A stretch of DNA of 64,000 bases, taken from NCBI RefSeq assembly GCF_000150275.1, contig NW_002060949.1, forward strand, positions 4,512,844-4,576,843. The letters run 5' to 3'. The notes under the pieces are model-generated. The model worked only from the letters and a program-made list of their open reading frames with translations, was not told where the DNA came from and ran no database searches. This document shows, piece after piece, positions 45,116 through 64,000 of this stretch. Origin of the DNA: Trichoplax adhaerens (taxonomy: Eukaryota > Animalia > Placozoa). A program made the position numbers and the translations under genes. How positions within the stretch are numbered: position 1 is the stretch's first letter; each line of letters opens with the position of its first letter.

Positions 45116-46477
45116 CAAAAACTACGGACTTCCGGCAGTCTGTGACAAAACCAACCCAGCGGCTCATTTGTTGCCTGCGCCTGATTTACTCAGCGCAATC
45201 AAGCTTCTTTTTCTAGAAAAACCCTACAGTTTCAAACCTAGAATAATATTATTATAATTGCATACCGTATGACTTTAGTCTCGTACGGTTCTGTGAAATA
45301 GCTTAAAACTCACATAGAACAGTTTAGAAATTCTCTAGTCATATATCAATACTCGTATATAGGAAAGTAGCAGCCGTTTCGAACTGTAAGCGTATGGACT
45401 ACTAGAAGAAAATCTTCTTCTGGTGGTTCACTACTGAATCGCGCTATAGCCTATTCCTATGCGCGTACTCACAGGTATAGGAACTCGGAAAGCTTGAGGA
45501 GATAGAGTATAATCCTTGCGCACACACACACACATGGACATAAAACTTTTCTAGATCTATATACATATTTTGATGTAACATACAATACAGGAAAGGTTTT
45601 GGCGATTCTAGTCTCGTATGATTCTCATACAGAACAGTTTAGAGATTTTACGAAATAGCGCTATCATCATTCTTGCAATACATGCATTTCACATCTATGT
45701 AATTATTAATTACAAATGAATTAAATTCAATAACACAATTCACTATATATGCACATATATGCAAATGCAATTCACTACAAAAATACATTTCTTAATTTAC
45801 TACTGCTTTACCGCTACATTTATCCGCTAATCAAGTAAAGGATAAAAATAATTTAGATCGTAATACTCGTAGATTTGACGACACGACAGCCTAAGTGAAT
45901 TGTAATATATTTAAACGGTTTTATTCGTATATAATCCCAAATTAAACGATATCATTGATTTAGACGAACTAGATAGACAATCGATTTATGTTACTTTATT
46001 ACGGATATTATCTAATTTGGATAGATTATGATAAAAATTTTAATGTAGTATAAAATTTAAAACCAATTACCACCCTTGTCTTGGTTAATTTTTATTTTAT
46101 TATGCAGTTGTGATTGATATATACATAGCAAGATTGGACATAATATTTATGATGATTTAAATTTCATAATGGACTCGTGAGCTGAGTCTATCCTGCGATT
46201 GTACTGACGTTATTATTGCTGCATTACTGTAAGACTATCAAATTAAGATTGTTCTTATTTATAGCCAGTCCAAGGCTAATCATCGCCAGCAATTTATAAT
46301 AGTTGTTGTTCTATGATCCATAAATTGAAGCAGATTCGAAATAGGATCATCCTGTATAGTTTTACGACTGACAATCACATTAAATTTCGTCAGCTACCCA
46401 TGAATTAAATCAATCCTCTAGTTATATTAATATTGATTCCCATACTACCGGTCATGAGATAAATTGAATTTTAACTT

Positions 46478-46938
46478 TTAGCGAATAATTAATAACGAAT
46501 AGTTCCAATTTTGTTTTTCTATGACCATTTTCGCCGCCTTAAAAGCTAATTCCAATTCTTTTATCCTATCTATAGTCAATTCCTACTATACAGTAGATAC
46601 TATAAGCGTATATACTTTATAATAGCATCAATAAGAATCCCAAAGTTTATAGACTAAAGCTATTGTTTTAAGATGTTTATTTGCTTCTTCAATGGCATTT
46701 ATGACATCATTATGCGGCGAGTGTTAATACAATTTAAAGCCTATTGATGTATTCATACCTCCTTGAATATTAATTAAGTTGTTGCTAAGGATTAGCTTGA
46801 CAACAGCGTTTACATCTATTTGGTAGAGCCTCCTGCAAATTAGTGGTTGTCAAAAGTATATAGCAATTGAGAACGAAAAATGACTAAGATAATCGTTGTG
46901 CTTAGTACATCATACAGAGTTGCGTAGCATGATATCAG
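46478..46938 (-). pseudogene. Possible exon chain or decayed gene of unknown identity
   Basis: AG/GT-flanked segments 46916-46938, 46759-46832, 46478-46569 can be joined in frame (LISCYATLRLYQIDVNAVVKLILSNNLINIQGDRIKELELAFKAAKM...), but no open upstream exon or start was found. Confidence 0.25.
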
Positions 46939-48616
46939 CTATTATATTAGCAAGAATAGGATACTACTGTAGTTAATCAGAGCTTAAAACACGAGTGCTG
47001 ACTAATACATACAGGATAAGAAACAACCTGTAGCTAAGCGGAAACCATCAACGCTATCATTTTGTGTCCATTAGCATACAAATGATTCAACCCATATCTA
47101 CCAGAAGTTACCAATCTTTGCCGTACTAATCGATTTCTGCATCGCATAGTGGGCATAATACTCCTCTCTCTCTATATATTGGAGTGTATGGTACACCATA
47201 TTTATTGAAAAATCGCCTGGATATTGTTGTATTTTATTGGCAGAAGATTGATACTTTCGTACTATTGGAGTCAATCTCGACCAGTGGCCGGTTTTACTCC
47301 ATAATTATTTGTTTCATCGAGTCTCTCTTCTTGTTAGTATTCGATACCTTCATTCCAATTAACATAGTTAAGTTTCTATTAAAAGAAGATCTGTAAAGCA
47401 ATCATGTCAAGCGAAGAAGAAGAGGTTCGTTAATTGTTACTTATAACATAGCATAGTAAATATATACCTAAAATCAAATCAAAATTAATATCTAAATTAA
47501 AAGTGTTTGATATAAGTTATCACTATGTCTTTCTTATGTTACTCACGAAGTGAAAAACATGAAAGGGTGAAATAGCATTCGCTAATTTTTATTTAATATT
47601 TGAGTAATGATCGAATTATGTCTCGCTAGTCACAATCTTTATACACTAAAAATGAAATTCCGTAATTAAAATCAAATGATTACTAATTAGTGATACTGAT
47701 AACATTACTGTCTTCTTGGTAAAGTTGTTAAATCGTTACTAACCAATATTCCTTACCATTAGCATGTTTTATGGCCATACTAAGTAACGCTATTTCATAA
47801 GGTTAAATCATTGAAGCTCTACCTCTACAATATTTTAAAACTTGTCGATTAGTTTCCTGAATATAGTCGAAATTTATAAAGTCATTAGATATTAAACATA
47901 CTATGGATCATCTAGCATTAATGATTAATGATTTGAACATTGTTTGCCCAGAGTATAAGCCATTATTTTAACTCCAAGAGATAATTGCCACTTCACCTTT
48001 GCAATAGCTAACCAATTTGGTTCAGCAACGACATTAGATGAATAAGTAACATCTATTCAACTCGAAAATGGGGTTTTTAGCAAATTACTTGTATTTTTAG
48101 TTATTAGTATTATTTATTAGCAGATTTTTAGGCGTTAACTTATGATTAATAATACCCGATCCTTCTCCAAAATTATGTAGAAGCAATACCTTGTTGACAG
48201 TTATATTGATAGAATGTGTATAATGCTATTAAAATATGACAGCTTTCCAAAAGAGATATATCGTACCCCGTAACGTATATGATGGCATCTATAGTATCTC
48301 TTAATATTAATAAGCCACTTAACTGTTAACAAGTAAAAATTTCATTGCCATTAACATATATCTGCATATCATTCCGTTGCATACTATAAAATATTGTACA
48401 ATACGTGCAGTATAGGTAGTATTGACATTTCAATTCAGATAGTCTTCCATCAAACTGTGCAAATAGGATCGTTCTTTGAAAGCTAAAGTATTATCATTAG
48501 AAAGAGTCAATGTTATGAGCCTGTTCAAGATGAGAGCAATTTAAGCAAGACATAAGTATAATATAACCCTCTGAGCAATATGATAATGTTACTAAGACAC
48601 TGTGAACTTATTATAG

Positions 48617-51404
48617 GCTAATAGTGTTGTGGAAAGCACCAGCAATGACGAAGAAGTGCCTGTAACAAATGTTGATGGTGATGATAATCAAGAAAAACAA
48701 GCAAAGCCACAGAATAAAAAATCTGGTAAAAACTTTGATAAAAAGTGATTATTCATAAATAACGATAAATAATACCGCCATCATAAATAATATAATTGAT
48801 AATTTATGTAAGCTGTCATTCTAAATTGCTAGTATTGCCAGACGTCCTAAGTTACTAAATTCAGTATCCCAACTTGATGTTTTTCACAAAGTATTAATTC
48901 ATGGACTGTCGTTAGAAATAATAAATTTTTGACTTATGAAATTGATCGTAAATAAGCGATTTAATCATCATACATCTACCAAACTACTGCCTACTATAAT
49001 AATTAATTCAAATAAATCATAATTACCTTTATCTGATTAACTCATGATAGAAGAATGATGATGAAAATATGTAACATCTATTTTAAGATAAAACTTAAGT
49101 AAAAAATGAAATGATGACGTTAATTAAGATTTATAGAAAGGAAAGCAGGACAATATAACATATTATAATAATCATTTATTTTAATATCGCAAGTAATTTC
49201 TTTCTCTTAATCTAATTTCAGGTAAAAAAGAAAGTAAACCACTTAAACAGCAAATTATCTCTAGGGATGATTATCATTCTCGAAGTACACGAGCTATGAC
49301 TAAAGAATTAATCAGCCTAACCAAATCGTTGAAAAAAATGGCTAAAGAAAGACCCAAGACCGATTCGTAAGTCGTCTATAAGAAGAGTAGGATAAAGTCA
49401 CTGTTTGATTGGTTCCTCACTAACATAATCAAACTCCAATGACTTCTTTACACCGAAAAATAGGAAACCTTTTACACCCAATATTTATAACAATTTGAAA
49501 CCTTACTATAGTACTGATACAACATGGTTTCTGTTTAAACATGTAAGTTGTATTTTTTAGAGCACAATTAAAATTAATTTTAAAATAGAGAATATTCATA
49601 GATGTTATTGCTTGCTACTGCAGAATTTGAATTAGATCACAAATTAATTCATATAATGAAATTGTCAAAAAATAGTTTATAAATTAATTATTTGAAAAAC
49701 GGTGAATAAATTAAGTGCTTACTGTACGCTAACGTTTTGATCTAGCCTGAACCATTCGAGTTAGCTGGTCATGGTCAACGTCCCACAGCGGTTGGCTTAG
49801 TTGGTAAGTTTAAAGAGAAGATAGACTTATTATCAAATAAATTTCGCTATTTGATTAATTCCTTAAACTTGATTCATTCTTTTGCAAAGATTTCAATTTT
49901 ATGACTAAGCTGATTAAAAATAGATTTAATTTCATTAAAAACTTATTTCCTAATTGACTGATATTTTATCCCATATTCCACAGAACCAAGAATATCATTG
50001 AATATGGATATGTAAGTTATTTAAATCATAGTATCAAACAAGGCTTAAACGATTAGATTATATGCTGCCTCAAAAAGTGTTATGAAATTTGAAAATCTTA
50101 ATATAACTTTAAGAATCGCTATTTAAGTCATTGACAATGTTGACTAATCATAAAAAATAATACTCAGGAAATTTGAATCTGTTGTTCGCACCGTTCATCC
50201 ACAATATAAACGCCGCAAATCACCGTAAGACAATAATTAATAATCTTATAGATAAGCTATCTTAGTTTACTTGGCTAAGATTAGTATTTTGACGCAATAA
50301 GTTATCTATTAATTGATATTGTTAGGCGTAAGAAAGCCGACAGAGTTAATCTAGTTGATGATAAAGAATCGAGGTCTAATGGCGGTAGTAATATTATTCA
50401 GTTTCCTAAAATACAGCCAGCGACAATCAGTGTTCGTGGTCGCGGACAATATGTCGATTATAAGGATCTACCGAAGATAAGGTACCGTAATAGATAATTC
50501 ATTCGAAAGTACCATTAGGTACCTACACTAAGATAAGCTGATATAGGACAGCTTACAGATGCATGGTCTTGTGGGCGTCTGCCGCCTGGTTTTTGTTATT
50601 TGATGATTGTTAGAGCGTATAAACATTAAAGAGAATTTTTCGATATTATTTAATGATGATCATTGGTTCATAAATTTAAATGTGAATAGATAATAATTAT
50701 ATCTAAATTTGTATTAATTCGCGTATAATAATTTAAAGAAAATTAATACAATCTCTAAGTTTTGATGAATAGTTAAATATTAGTGCTAGTTTAGCAACAT
50801 CTTAATTTACTTTGGTATCATGTTGTCTATTTTCTACAGTCAACTAATAAATCGCAACCTGATTTTTTTATTACTGCTGAGCTGTTCAAAATATTACTGC
50901 TAGTTTATTACGGTACTTACTAAAATAAGATAGAATAGTATCCAAAATGGCTTTGTGAATGGGCTAGCGTAGCTATTCGGTAATGATAACTTATGGGGTA
51001 TAACGGTCTCATCTTGGATTGTTAATATTCAATTAAAACCATTTCTATCGACATTATCATTAAAGGTTAACAGGCAAATTGTTGTTTACTTACTAAAAAA
51101 GCAATAGCGTAGTCGCTTCAAAGCTAATAGAATCCCATCATAATAGTCAGTATCATAAAGGAGCATTCTATTTTACAATTTGATACTATTACCCAGGGAT
51201 GAAATGAGACGAGAATACAACCTTCGTCGAGCTAAGCGCCAACAGATTGAAGGCCAGAAAGTCATCGACGATTTTGAAAGATCGAAATTAAACGAATTAA
51301 AAACAAGAATATCTGCAACATCGCAAATGCAGTTGAGATCTGCTGTTGTTTCTTATTTTGGGCCACCATCCTCAGCAGGAACAACTAATAGTACGGCAGT
51401 ATAG
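48617..51404 (+). CDS. Uncharacterised basic hydrophilic protein, at least 8 exons, 5' end unresolved
   Basis: Phase-consistent exons 48617-48725, 49222-49366, 49464-49542, 49746-49803, 49984-50011, 50168-50224, 50326-50481, 51197-51404 with canonical GT-AG sites and no internal stop. Confidence 0.85.
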
Positions 51405-53642
51405 ATACACTATATTCGAAGCACTATACCGCAGCATGAATAATATTTTTGTGCGTTAAAAACACGTGTGTACATCAACCATAATTTAAGGACTCATTTT
51501 TCGCGGTTCCTTTATACATTTTTCAATACTTAGTATATACAGATATGAAATATCCAGTATCTCTTCTCCATTTAACAATAAATACGCTATAAAATAGAGG
51601 TCCAGACAACAAATTGCTTTTTGCAACTTAACTCATGAATCAATATTTTCTAACAGCTTATTTTACTGCGTCATTGTACTAATATAATTATAAACCATAC
51701 ATCATTTTTAATCGGATAATGAATACGTACTTGTATAATCTAACTGAAAATTTTCTTGGCTTTAAATGTTTCCGATTCACGAATCTAAGCATTAAATAAG
51801 CTTACATATATATATATGTATTTTGTGTAGTTATTGCAGTAGCTTACGGGATATTTTACATACTGATTTGTAAAACTGTAACATTTGTGCTCATCTAATA
51901 GTTTGTTGCATAAAGTATATAAAGTCAACTCTATTATTGTTTCTATGCAGTGAAATTTACTCGACTAATTCATCAACTATACAGTCAAGACTAAATAAGC
52001 TTAATTACTGAAGAAATAAATGTCAATTAAAGGTTTCTGTACGTTAACCTGTTTAATTGTTTATAACTTCTACAGATTTTATCGAAAAATAGAGATGACA
52101 ATTGTCAGCTATATGAATGAGTATTTAGCCTCAATATATACAATGTATTTCATATGAATAATACTATCAAGGTGTACTGAGTATTTACAAATAAATTTGG
52201 CAGGACGTTAGAGCTTACATTATTGCAATTACGTCAGGCTTCTATTAGTGATAAAGCAAACGAAGCTTAAATGTTAGATCGACTCGTATAATTTACTGTA
52301 CAGTAGAATACTTTAGTACTGAAACTGAAATATGGAACATGGCATGCAAGACCCTTTAAGTTGAAGGATCTTTACTAGCTCGTTAAATTAATTATGTATA
52401 ATATACTGTCTACATGAGGGATAGTATACAGTATACGATTGATTAGCAGTATCATAATCCTCATAAGGGTATTCATCCAACTTAGTTTGTTGACTATATA
52501 CAAGCTTTAACACAATTTTTAATGTGTTTAATACTTCAATTTTACGATAGCTAACGTATTTTGAGCATCCTATCAGAAATGAACTTTAAGAAAATGATTA
52601 TATTTCCTGATATTTTTCAGGATGTTTGTGCATGTATGTAAATTATCTAGTGGTTTAACGTCTACTATCCATATTTCACTATGATATCTGATCTATTTCT
52701 GTAGTTATAATACTTACTACATATTAGGTTGCCATACAACTAGTGATATTCGCACGCCTGTAGCAATGACGACACGAAGGCGAAAATTAAGCCTCTTAGG
52801 ATTAATTATCTAAGGAACACAATCATAGAATCACCAATAATTCTGCCAATTTAATCTAGATATTGTCTATATTCAATTATAATTTACTAATTAAAAGAGT
52901 TTAATAGTTGTTATAATAGCTTGTGTAATGATCATAATTGAGAATAGTACGGCCATACAGTATAAAGAGTAAGGTATTACTACTTGGGTTGGTCTTCAAT
53001 TGGTAGCACCTGTCTGCGATATGGCAATAATTTAGTTACACGTAGCTTTGATCATGTCATTGCATTAGAATATTATTTATTTAAGCAAGTTAAATTCCAC
53101 CAGGGGTTGCAACAATAGCGCCTTATAATAGATATATTATGTGAATATGTTGCTGTAATATATAACTTATTCTTCTATTATTTCAATTTGCTAACTAGGG
53201 GTAAGATCTCCTATCTTTATTACGATTGTTTATAATTAAATAGTAATAGTCGAGGTTTTTTTCAAATTTTTACAGAGAGTAATTACAGTTGCTTACCACT
53301 TGAGAATTAATTAATAAACTTTTCTTTACTTCAATCTAGATATTATCATAAAGGTAATAGTCTACTTGTTTAATATATCTATCAGTAATGGCGATATTAC
53401 TGAATGGCAATTCTGATCATGACTGCTATTTCCCCAAAGCTGTAGTTTCAATGGCTATGTTTGAATGATTGTTATAAGACATTCTATGTGCGCATATACA
53501 TGTATATGAAACAGAAACATTGCTTCTAAGTGATGAAGGTGCATCATAGCAATTATATACAGACTGAAATCGACTGAAAACAACTATCGAAGCATAAATT
53601 AAAAGTTAATAAAAATATTTTCATTTTTCATTGCGTAATATT

Positions 53643-59089
<5,447 letters not shown>

Positions 59090-59343
59090 CTTTCTTCTCT
59101 TTTTAGTTTATATTCTTACAGGATACCAGTTGATTGGATGATGAAACTTGATAGCACAGTAGTATACTTGTTAGATTAACCTGATCGAAATTTAAAGCAG
59201 TTTTTAAAAGTACAATCCACTTTTTACTAACAATTTTAATATAGCATAATAAGCTCTAACGACTCGTTAGTGAAGTTGTACAACAATTTGTATGCTTTAG
59301 CATAGCTCTGTATGTTGTAACTGTCTCTGCTCGATAGCGTTTG

Positions 59344-59357
59344 GTTGTCATGGTAAT
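59344..59357. promoter_or_regulatory. RFX X-box-like site in DRC1 promoter
   Basis: GTTGTCATGGTAAT about 255 bp upstream of the DRC1 ATG; motile-cilia genes are typical RFX targets. Confidence 0.6.
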
Positions 59358-60514
59358 TTTGGTCAACCCGTCTGTCCGTCGCTTGGAAAGAGCTTTGCAC
59401 TACTGAGAGTGTAATGTCTGCAGAAGTGGGTTAGAGTGACTGTACGTTATCAAACGATACCTAATGATATAGCTTTCAATACAGGAAGATATTTTTGATA
59501 TTCAACTTATATTTTAATAATCGTCTATCCTTTTAGATCAGATTGTGGAGTCTGTAAACAGTAATGTTATTTAACATTAGTCTCCTCTTTGAACCTATAT
59601 AAGCGATTCTACTCTTTCGATGAGGAGTCCATTAACGCCATACTCTTGTGACTGGATGGGTTATCATTTAAACCATCATTTTTGTCGTTTTCAGGCCATT
59701 AACAAGACTTTAGGAGCGGAATACAGTACTTTATATTAGAAAGCGGATAATCTCCAATTATAAGATATTGCAATAAAAAATAATGTTCAGTAGTGTCTAA
59801 GTACTCCAGTCTGTCCTAAAATTATCCATTATTAAAATATTGGGATATAGATGCATGGCTAACATTTCCCTAAGAGGCTGACGTCATAAAATGTAAATTT
59901 AAAGCGTCTAATACTCAGTGCTCTATCGTCCGATGTTTCGTAATATGTAAATGGTGTTGGCCATAAATGGACGATAGCCCAGAACTAATAGCAATACTTT
60001 GGCGTCAATATACGCTATACTACGATAAATAAAATCGCCATTTTTTTTGCATGCTACAATAAGAGCAGTGTCAAATAGTACGTTCATGTATTCTAATCTA
60101 GTCTAGAATAGCTAATTATGAAAATATTGGAAAAAATATGTAAACATCAACATTTCGCTCCAATTTGCTATCATGAAAGCAAGAATGCCTCATACTCAGC
60201 GGTATATCGCTAGGTGTCATTTGGTAATAGACACTTATTTTGACTGGAATGTAAAGCATAATTGCAAAATGATAGGTAATCAGGCGGACAGACGCTCGTA
60301 CTATCTTGTCGACGTGGACAATCTAAAGGGTCTCTATTCTCCACCATAGGGTGCTACTCAAGCTGTCGGAGCTTTTCGATTTTGAATCAGAAAGCTCGAA
60401 CTCGATGTTTATTTATCATTAAATTAACAGTAATATATTCCGTAATTATCGTATAAGACTATTATTTATTGTTCATTGAAATATTAAATATTATCTTGGA
60501 AAGATTTAGTGGAT

Positions 60515-61564
60515 ATGGCTGAAGTTGCGTACGTATTGAGCCGTATGATGATGCCGGATGATGCCAACGGTCTAGGAAATGTACATGGTGGAGAGGTACT
60601 AAAGTTAATGGAAGAAGCAGGCCATATAGTAGCAACAAGGCACTGTAATGCTGGTAATTATAACAATTCTTGCTCACCAAGAGTAGCTGTACTAGCCCGA
60701 GTTGAACAGATGGATTTTTTGAAGCCAATGTTCATTAGTGAAGTTGCTCATGTAACTGCAGAAATTACCTATGTTTCACAGCAATCGATCGAGGTCAAGA
60801 TTAATGTTTATGCAGAGAATATTTTAAAAAATGACCAGCGATTTACAAATCGGGGAATTTTATGGTATGTAGCGGTGAAAGCTGTCGCTTCTACTGAATA
60901 TGCGGTTAGTACCGTTCCACCCCTTACTTATAAGGATCCTCAAGACGAAGAAGACGGTCGAAAGAGGTTTGAGTTTCAGAAAAGAGATCGTCAAGCTAGT
61001 AAGGAACTATATAAGTTGTACGAATCAGGTCAGCCTTTGGTCAATGATTGGAATGGTAGTGGAATAGTAGCTGATAGTACTGAAAAATATACTGTCAAGA
61101 GATCTCAATCTACTTTGATACACTCTATACTTCCATCTGATTGTTACTCGTCCAAGTTTTCCACTGGAGGTTCGGTTATGAAGCTTATGGACACTGCTGG
61201 TGCTCTATCGGCCATTCGTCATAGTAAGACGCCATGTGTAACAGCATCTATTGATGCTATCAATTTTCATCACCCTATGAGGCAATCTAACGTGATAACT
61301 ATTTCTGGAAGAGTTACTTTCACATCGGCTAAGTCGATGGAAGTTGAGGTGATTGTTATCACGGAAGATTTAAGTACTGGTAAAAAGCACTTTTCGTGCA
61401 GTGCATTCTTTAACTTTGTATCGGTTGATAGCAGTGGTCGAGTACTCCCTGTTCCACCACTTGTTTTAAAAACTGATTCGGAAAAGAAACGCTTTGAAAG
61501 CGGAAAACAGCGGTACTCAGCTAGGAAGCAACGTCGGTTATCGAGAGAGACGACCAAAAACTAG
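60515..61564 (+). CDS. ACOT7: Cytosolic acyl-CoA thioesterase, double hotdog fold (ACOT7-like), intronless CDS
   Basis: 349-aa ORF from ATG 60515. Domain 1 SRMMMPDDANGLGNVHGGEVLKLMEEAG; domain 2 LPSDC...GGSVMKLMD...CVTASIDAINFH...GRVTFTSAKSMEVEV. Confidence 0.93.
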   Translation: MAEVAYVLSRMMMPDDANGLGNVHGGEVLKLMEEAGHIVATRHCNAGNYNNSCSPRVAVLARVEQMDFLKPMFISEVAHVTAEITYVSQQSIEVKINVYAENILKNDQRFTNRGILWYVAVKAVASTEYAVSTVPPLTYKDPQDEEDGRKRFEFQKRDRQASKELYKLYESGQPLVNDWNGSGIVADSTEKYTVKRSQSTLIHSILPSDCYSSKFSTGGSVMKLMDTAGALSAIRHSKTPCVTASIDAINFHHPMRQSNVITISGRVTFTSAKSMEVEVIVITEDLSTGKKHFSCSAFFNFVSVDSSGRVLPVPPLVLKTDSEKKRFESGKQRYSARKQRRLSRETTKN

Positions 61565-62650
61565 ATAATTAACTGTCTATTCCTATATTACGAATAAGTT
61601 TGTTTAGAGTTGTAAATTGCAACATATACAGTAATACAGAGTGCCTATACGAACAATGTCGAATAATTTATATACGTCGTATGATTGTGAGATTATACAA
61701 TATCATGATATATATGTGTAGGTACAGTATAGTGTATTATCATGGACAATTATTTACAGCAATGTAAAACTTAATATATCAAGAGAGTTGCTTAACATCA
61801 CAACGCTATACGATATGCAGTACAATATATTTAAGGTCAGCTTACACTTGCTTATGTTTTCTCGTAGTTGCATGTTTATACCGGCACACTATGTTATATA
61901 ATATGCAAAGTAAGAATGAGGTGATATGATTTGGTATTTTGATCAAGATCCTAGCATGCAGTATGTTATATATCAGATTAATAAATTATATACCAAGATA
62001 AATTATAAGTTGGTTCATTTGGTGTTTCTTTATGTAATATTGCTCAAGCAGAGCTTCATCTTTAGGTATGTGTAATAGAATGGTTAATTATCACTATGAA
62101 GGGTGCCATGGAGAATAAATTTATTTTTGTCTAGTATGAGATCCATTCAGGCTTCAAGTATATGTTACATGCTTTAATGGACTACAACTTGATAGGATAT
62201 TTATTGTAAACCTTTCTATTATGGAGAAATTTTATATCATCAGCTTATACAATATCAGAGCTATTCTTAACTCATTATTTAGATGCCAGATTTGTAATTC
62301 TATAGGGATGTTTATTAAAGATGCAGTTGCATTTTAATGGCGTGATCTAAAATGTCTGTCTTACGATATATAATAAACACGCAGGTGAAGCAATTTCAGT
62401 TGGATAACAAAAAAAATACTTTATTTACAAGAGAGCAAATTTATAGGATTACACACAAGTATTGTACTGACGTAAATAATATAGGAATTATAAGTACAAA
62501 TTATAAGCATGATCATTTAAATTAGAGGGCTGAAAGTTATACAGTAAACTTTTGCTAAAAGGAATATCAGAGACAGTTAATTTATAAAGGTATCGATATG
62601 TAAATTTTTCATTAGTTTATAGTGAATTGCATATTTTGGGGTGATAGTCA

Positions 62651-63581
62651 TAGTTATGCAAAGTTGAGACCCTCTATCCGTTTTATTTATCGCAGTTAAT
62701 CGTGTAATCTACCTTATACTATAATTAGATTGTTTCATTATAAATAATAAAACATTGTTACTATTATTATTATCGGAATTTATTTAAAAATTGCTAGTTA
62801 TGAGTCGGCATATTTTTATGAGTCTGTATACAAATTTCTGTAGACATACTTTACATACATGGAGAATGGATACCAGCTGATTTTGAATTATGCCAAAAAT
62901 GTATAGTTTAAGAATGCTAGAACAGATCATATACATATATATATAACATATCGAGGTTTTTATTAATAGTCATGCAAAGTCGCTCTATCCGTTTTATTTA
63001 TCGTAGTTAATCGTGTAATTCTACCTTATACTGTCATTAGATTATTTCATTATAAATAATAAAACATTGTTATTATTATTATTATCGGAATTTATTTAAA
63101 GATTGCTAGTTATGAGTCAGCATATTTTTATGAGTCTGCATACAAATTTCTGTAGACATATACTTTACATACATGGAGAATGGATACCACTTGATTTTAA
63201 ACTATGCCAAGAAAGTATAGTTTAAGAATGCTAGAACAGATCATATACATATATATAACATATCGAGATTTTTATTAATAGTTATGCAAAGTTGAGACCC
63301 TCTTTCCGTTTTATTTATCCTAGCTAATCGTGTAATTCTACCTTATACAGTCATTATATTATTTCATTATAAATAATAAAACATTATTATTATTATTATT
63401 GTTATTATCGGAATTTATTTAAAAATTGCTAGTTAGAAGTCTGTATACTAATTTCTTTAGACATATACTTTAAATACATGGAGAATGGGTATCAGTTGAT
63501 TTTGAGCTGTGCCAAGAAAGTATAGTTTAAGAACGCTAGAACAGATCATATATAACCTATACCGGATAGAGGTTTTTATTA
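62651..63581. repeat. Three-copy ~310-bp tandem repeat
   Basis: Units start near 62651, 62967 and 63278 (tagt.atgcaaagt...ctct.tccgttttatttatc...atgctagaacagatcatata) with variable internal (TTA)n and (TA)n. Confidence 0.95.
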
Positions 63582-64000
63582 TTACCTGAAGGGTTAATAT
63601 ACTGCACGTATATGTGGTACAACCGCAATCTAACACAGTAAACTAACACCGTACGTCCAAGCTGCGGGAGTCTGTCTACGCAGGCAGTACCCACATATCC
63701 ACTATGTAGTATATCGTAAAGTAGACTATCAAGTGTCGTTACGGACTACAGAGGTTAATGGGTGTCCAGTAGACAACTACAGAGCTGCGCTTGCATTCGC
63801 TTGCCCACTAGCAACGCGAATTAATCAAGTTAAAGTATTTTATCATCGATGTTATTTTGGATTGGTATTGAAGGAAGAGGATGATGATTAGGAATATTTG
63901 TAAGTGGATCCACAGTAAACCGCCATTACTCAATGCATCGTTCATTTCTTTAAACGGAAGAAAACGATACGTAAGTACTGTACATATTGAAATATCTTTA

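Noticed and set aside
45276-45650. Partial direct repeat tagtctcgta...agaacagtttaga at ~45276 and ~45609 (LTR/MITE ends?)
   Set aside because: Short and degenerate, with no target-site duplication or TG...CA ends; probably an old local duplication.

Overview
Eukaryotic, AT-rich, intron-dense genomic DNA from an animal. Short GT-AG introns, gene content and composition suggest an early-branching metazoan such as a placozoan (Trichoplax-like); this is inference only. Manual exon stitching gives nine genes: RZ-family RGS (+, 9.9-12.9 kb), archease (-, 17.1-23.4 kb, absent from the ORF track, with an 11-nt microexon and a U12-type intron), a GLUT8/Tret1-like sugar porter (-), MCM3 (-) head-to-head with an Emi1/Emi2-type APC/C inhibitor (+), NUP42 (-), an unidentified multi-exon gene (+, 48.6-51.4 kb), DRC1 (-) and an ACOT7-like thioesterase with an intronless CDS (+). 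The most striking non-genic signal is a pervasive TA-(CAG|CTG|CAGTG|CACTG|CCG|CGG)-TA grammar piled up near several gene 5' ends. Paired copies of local tandem duplications show empty TA versus filled TA-CTG-TA sites, matching Tc1/mariner excision footprints. These arrays look like a fossil record of repeated transposon insertion and excision, although no transposase is present in the window.
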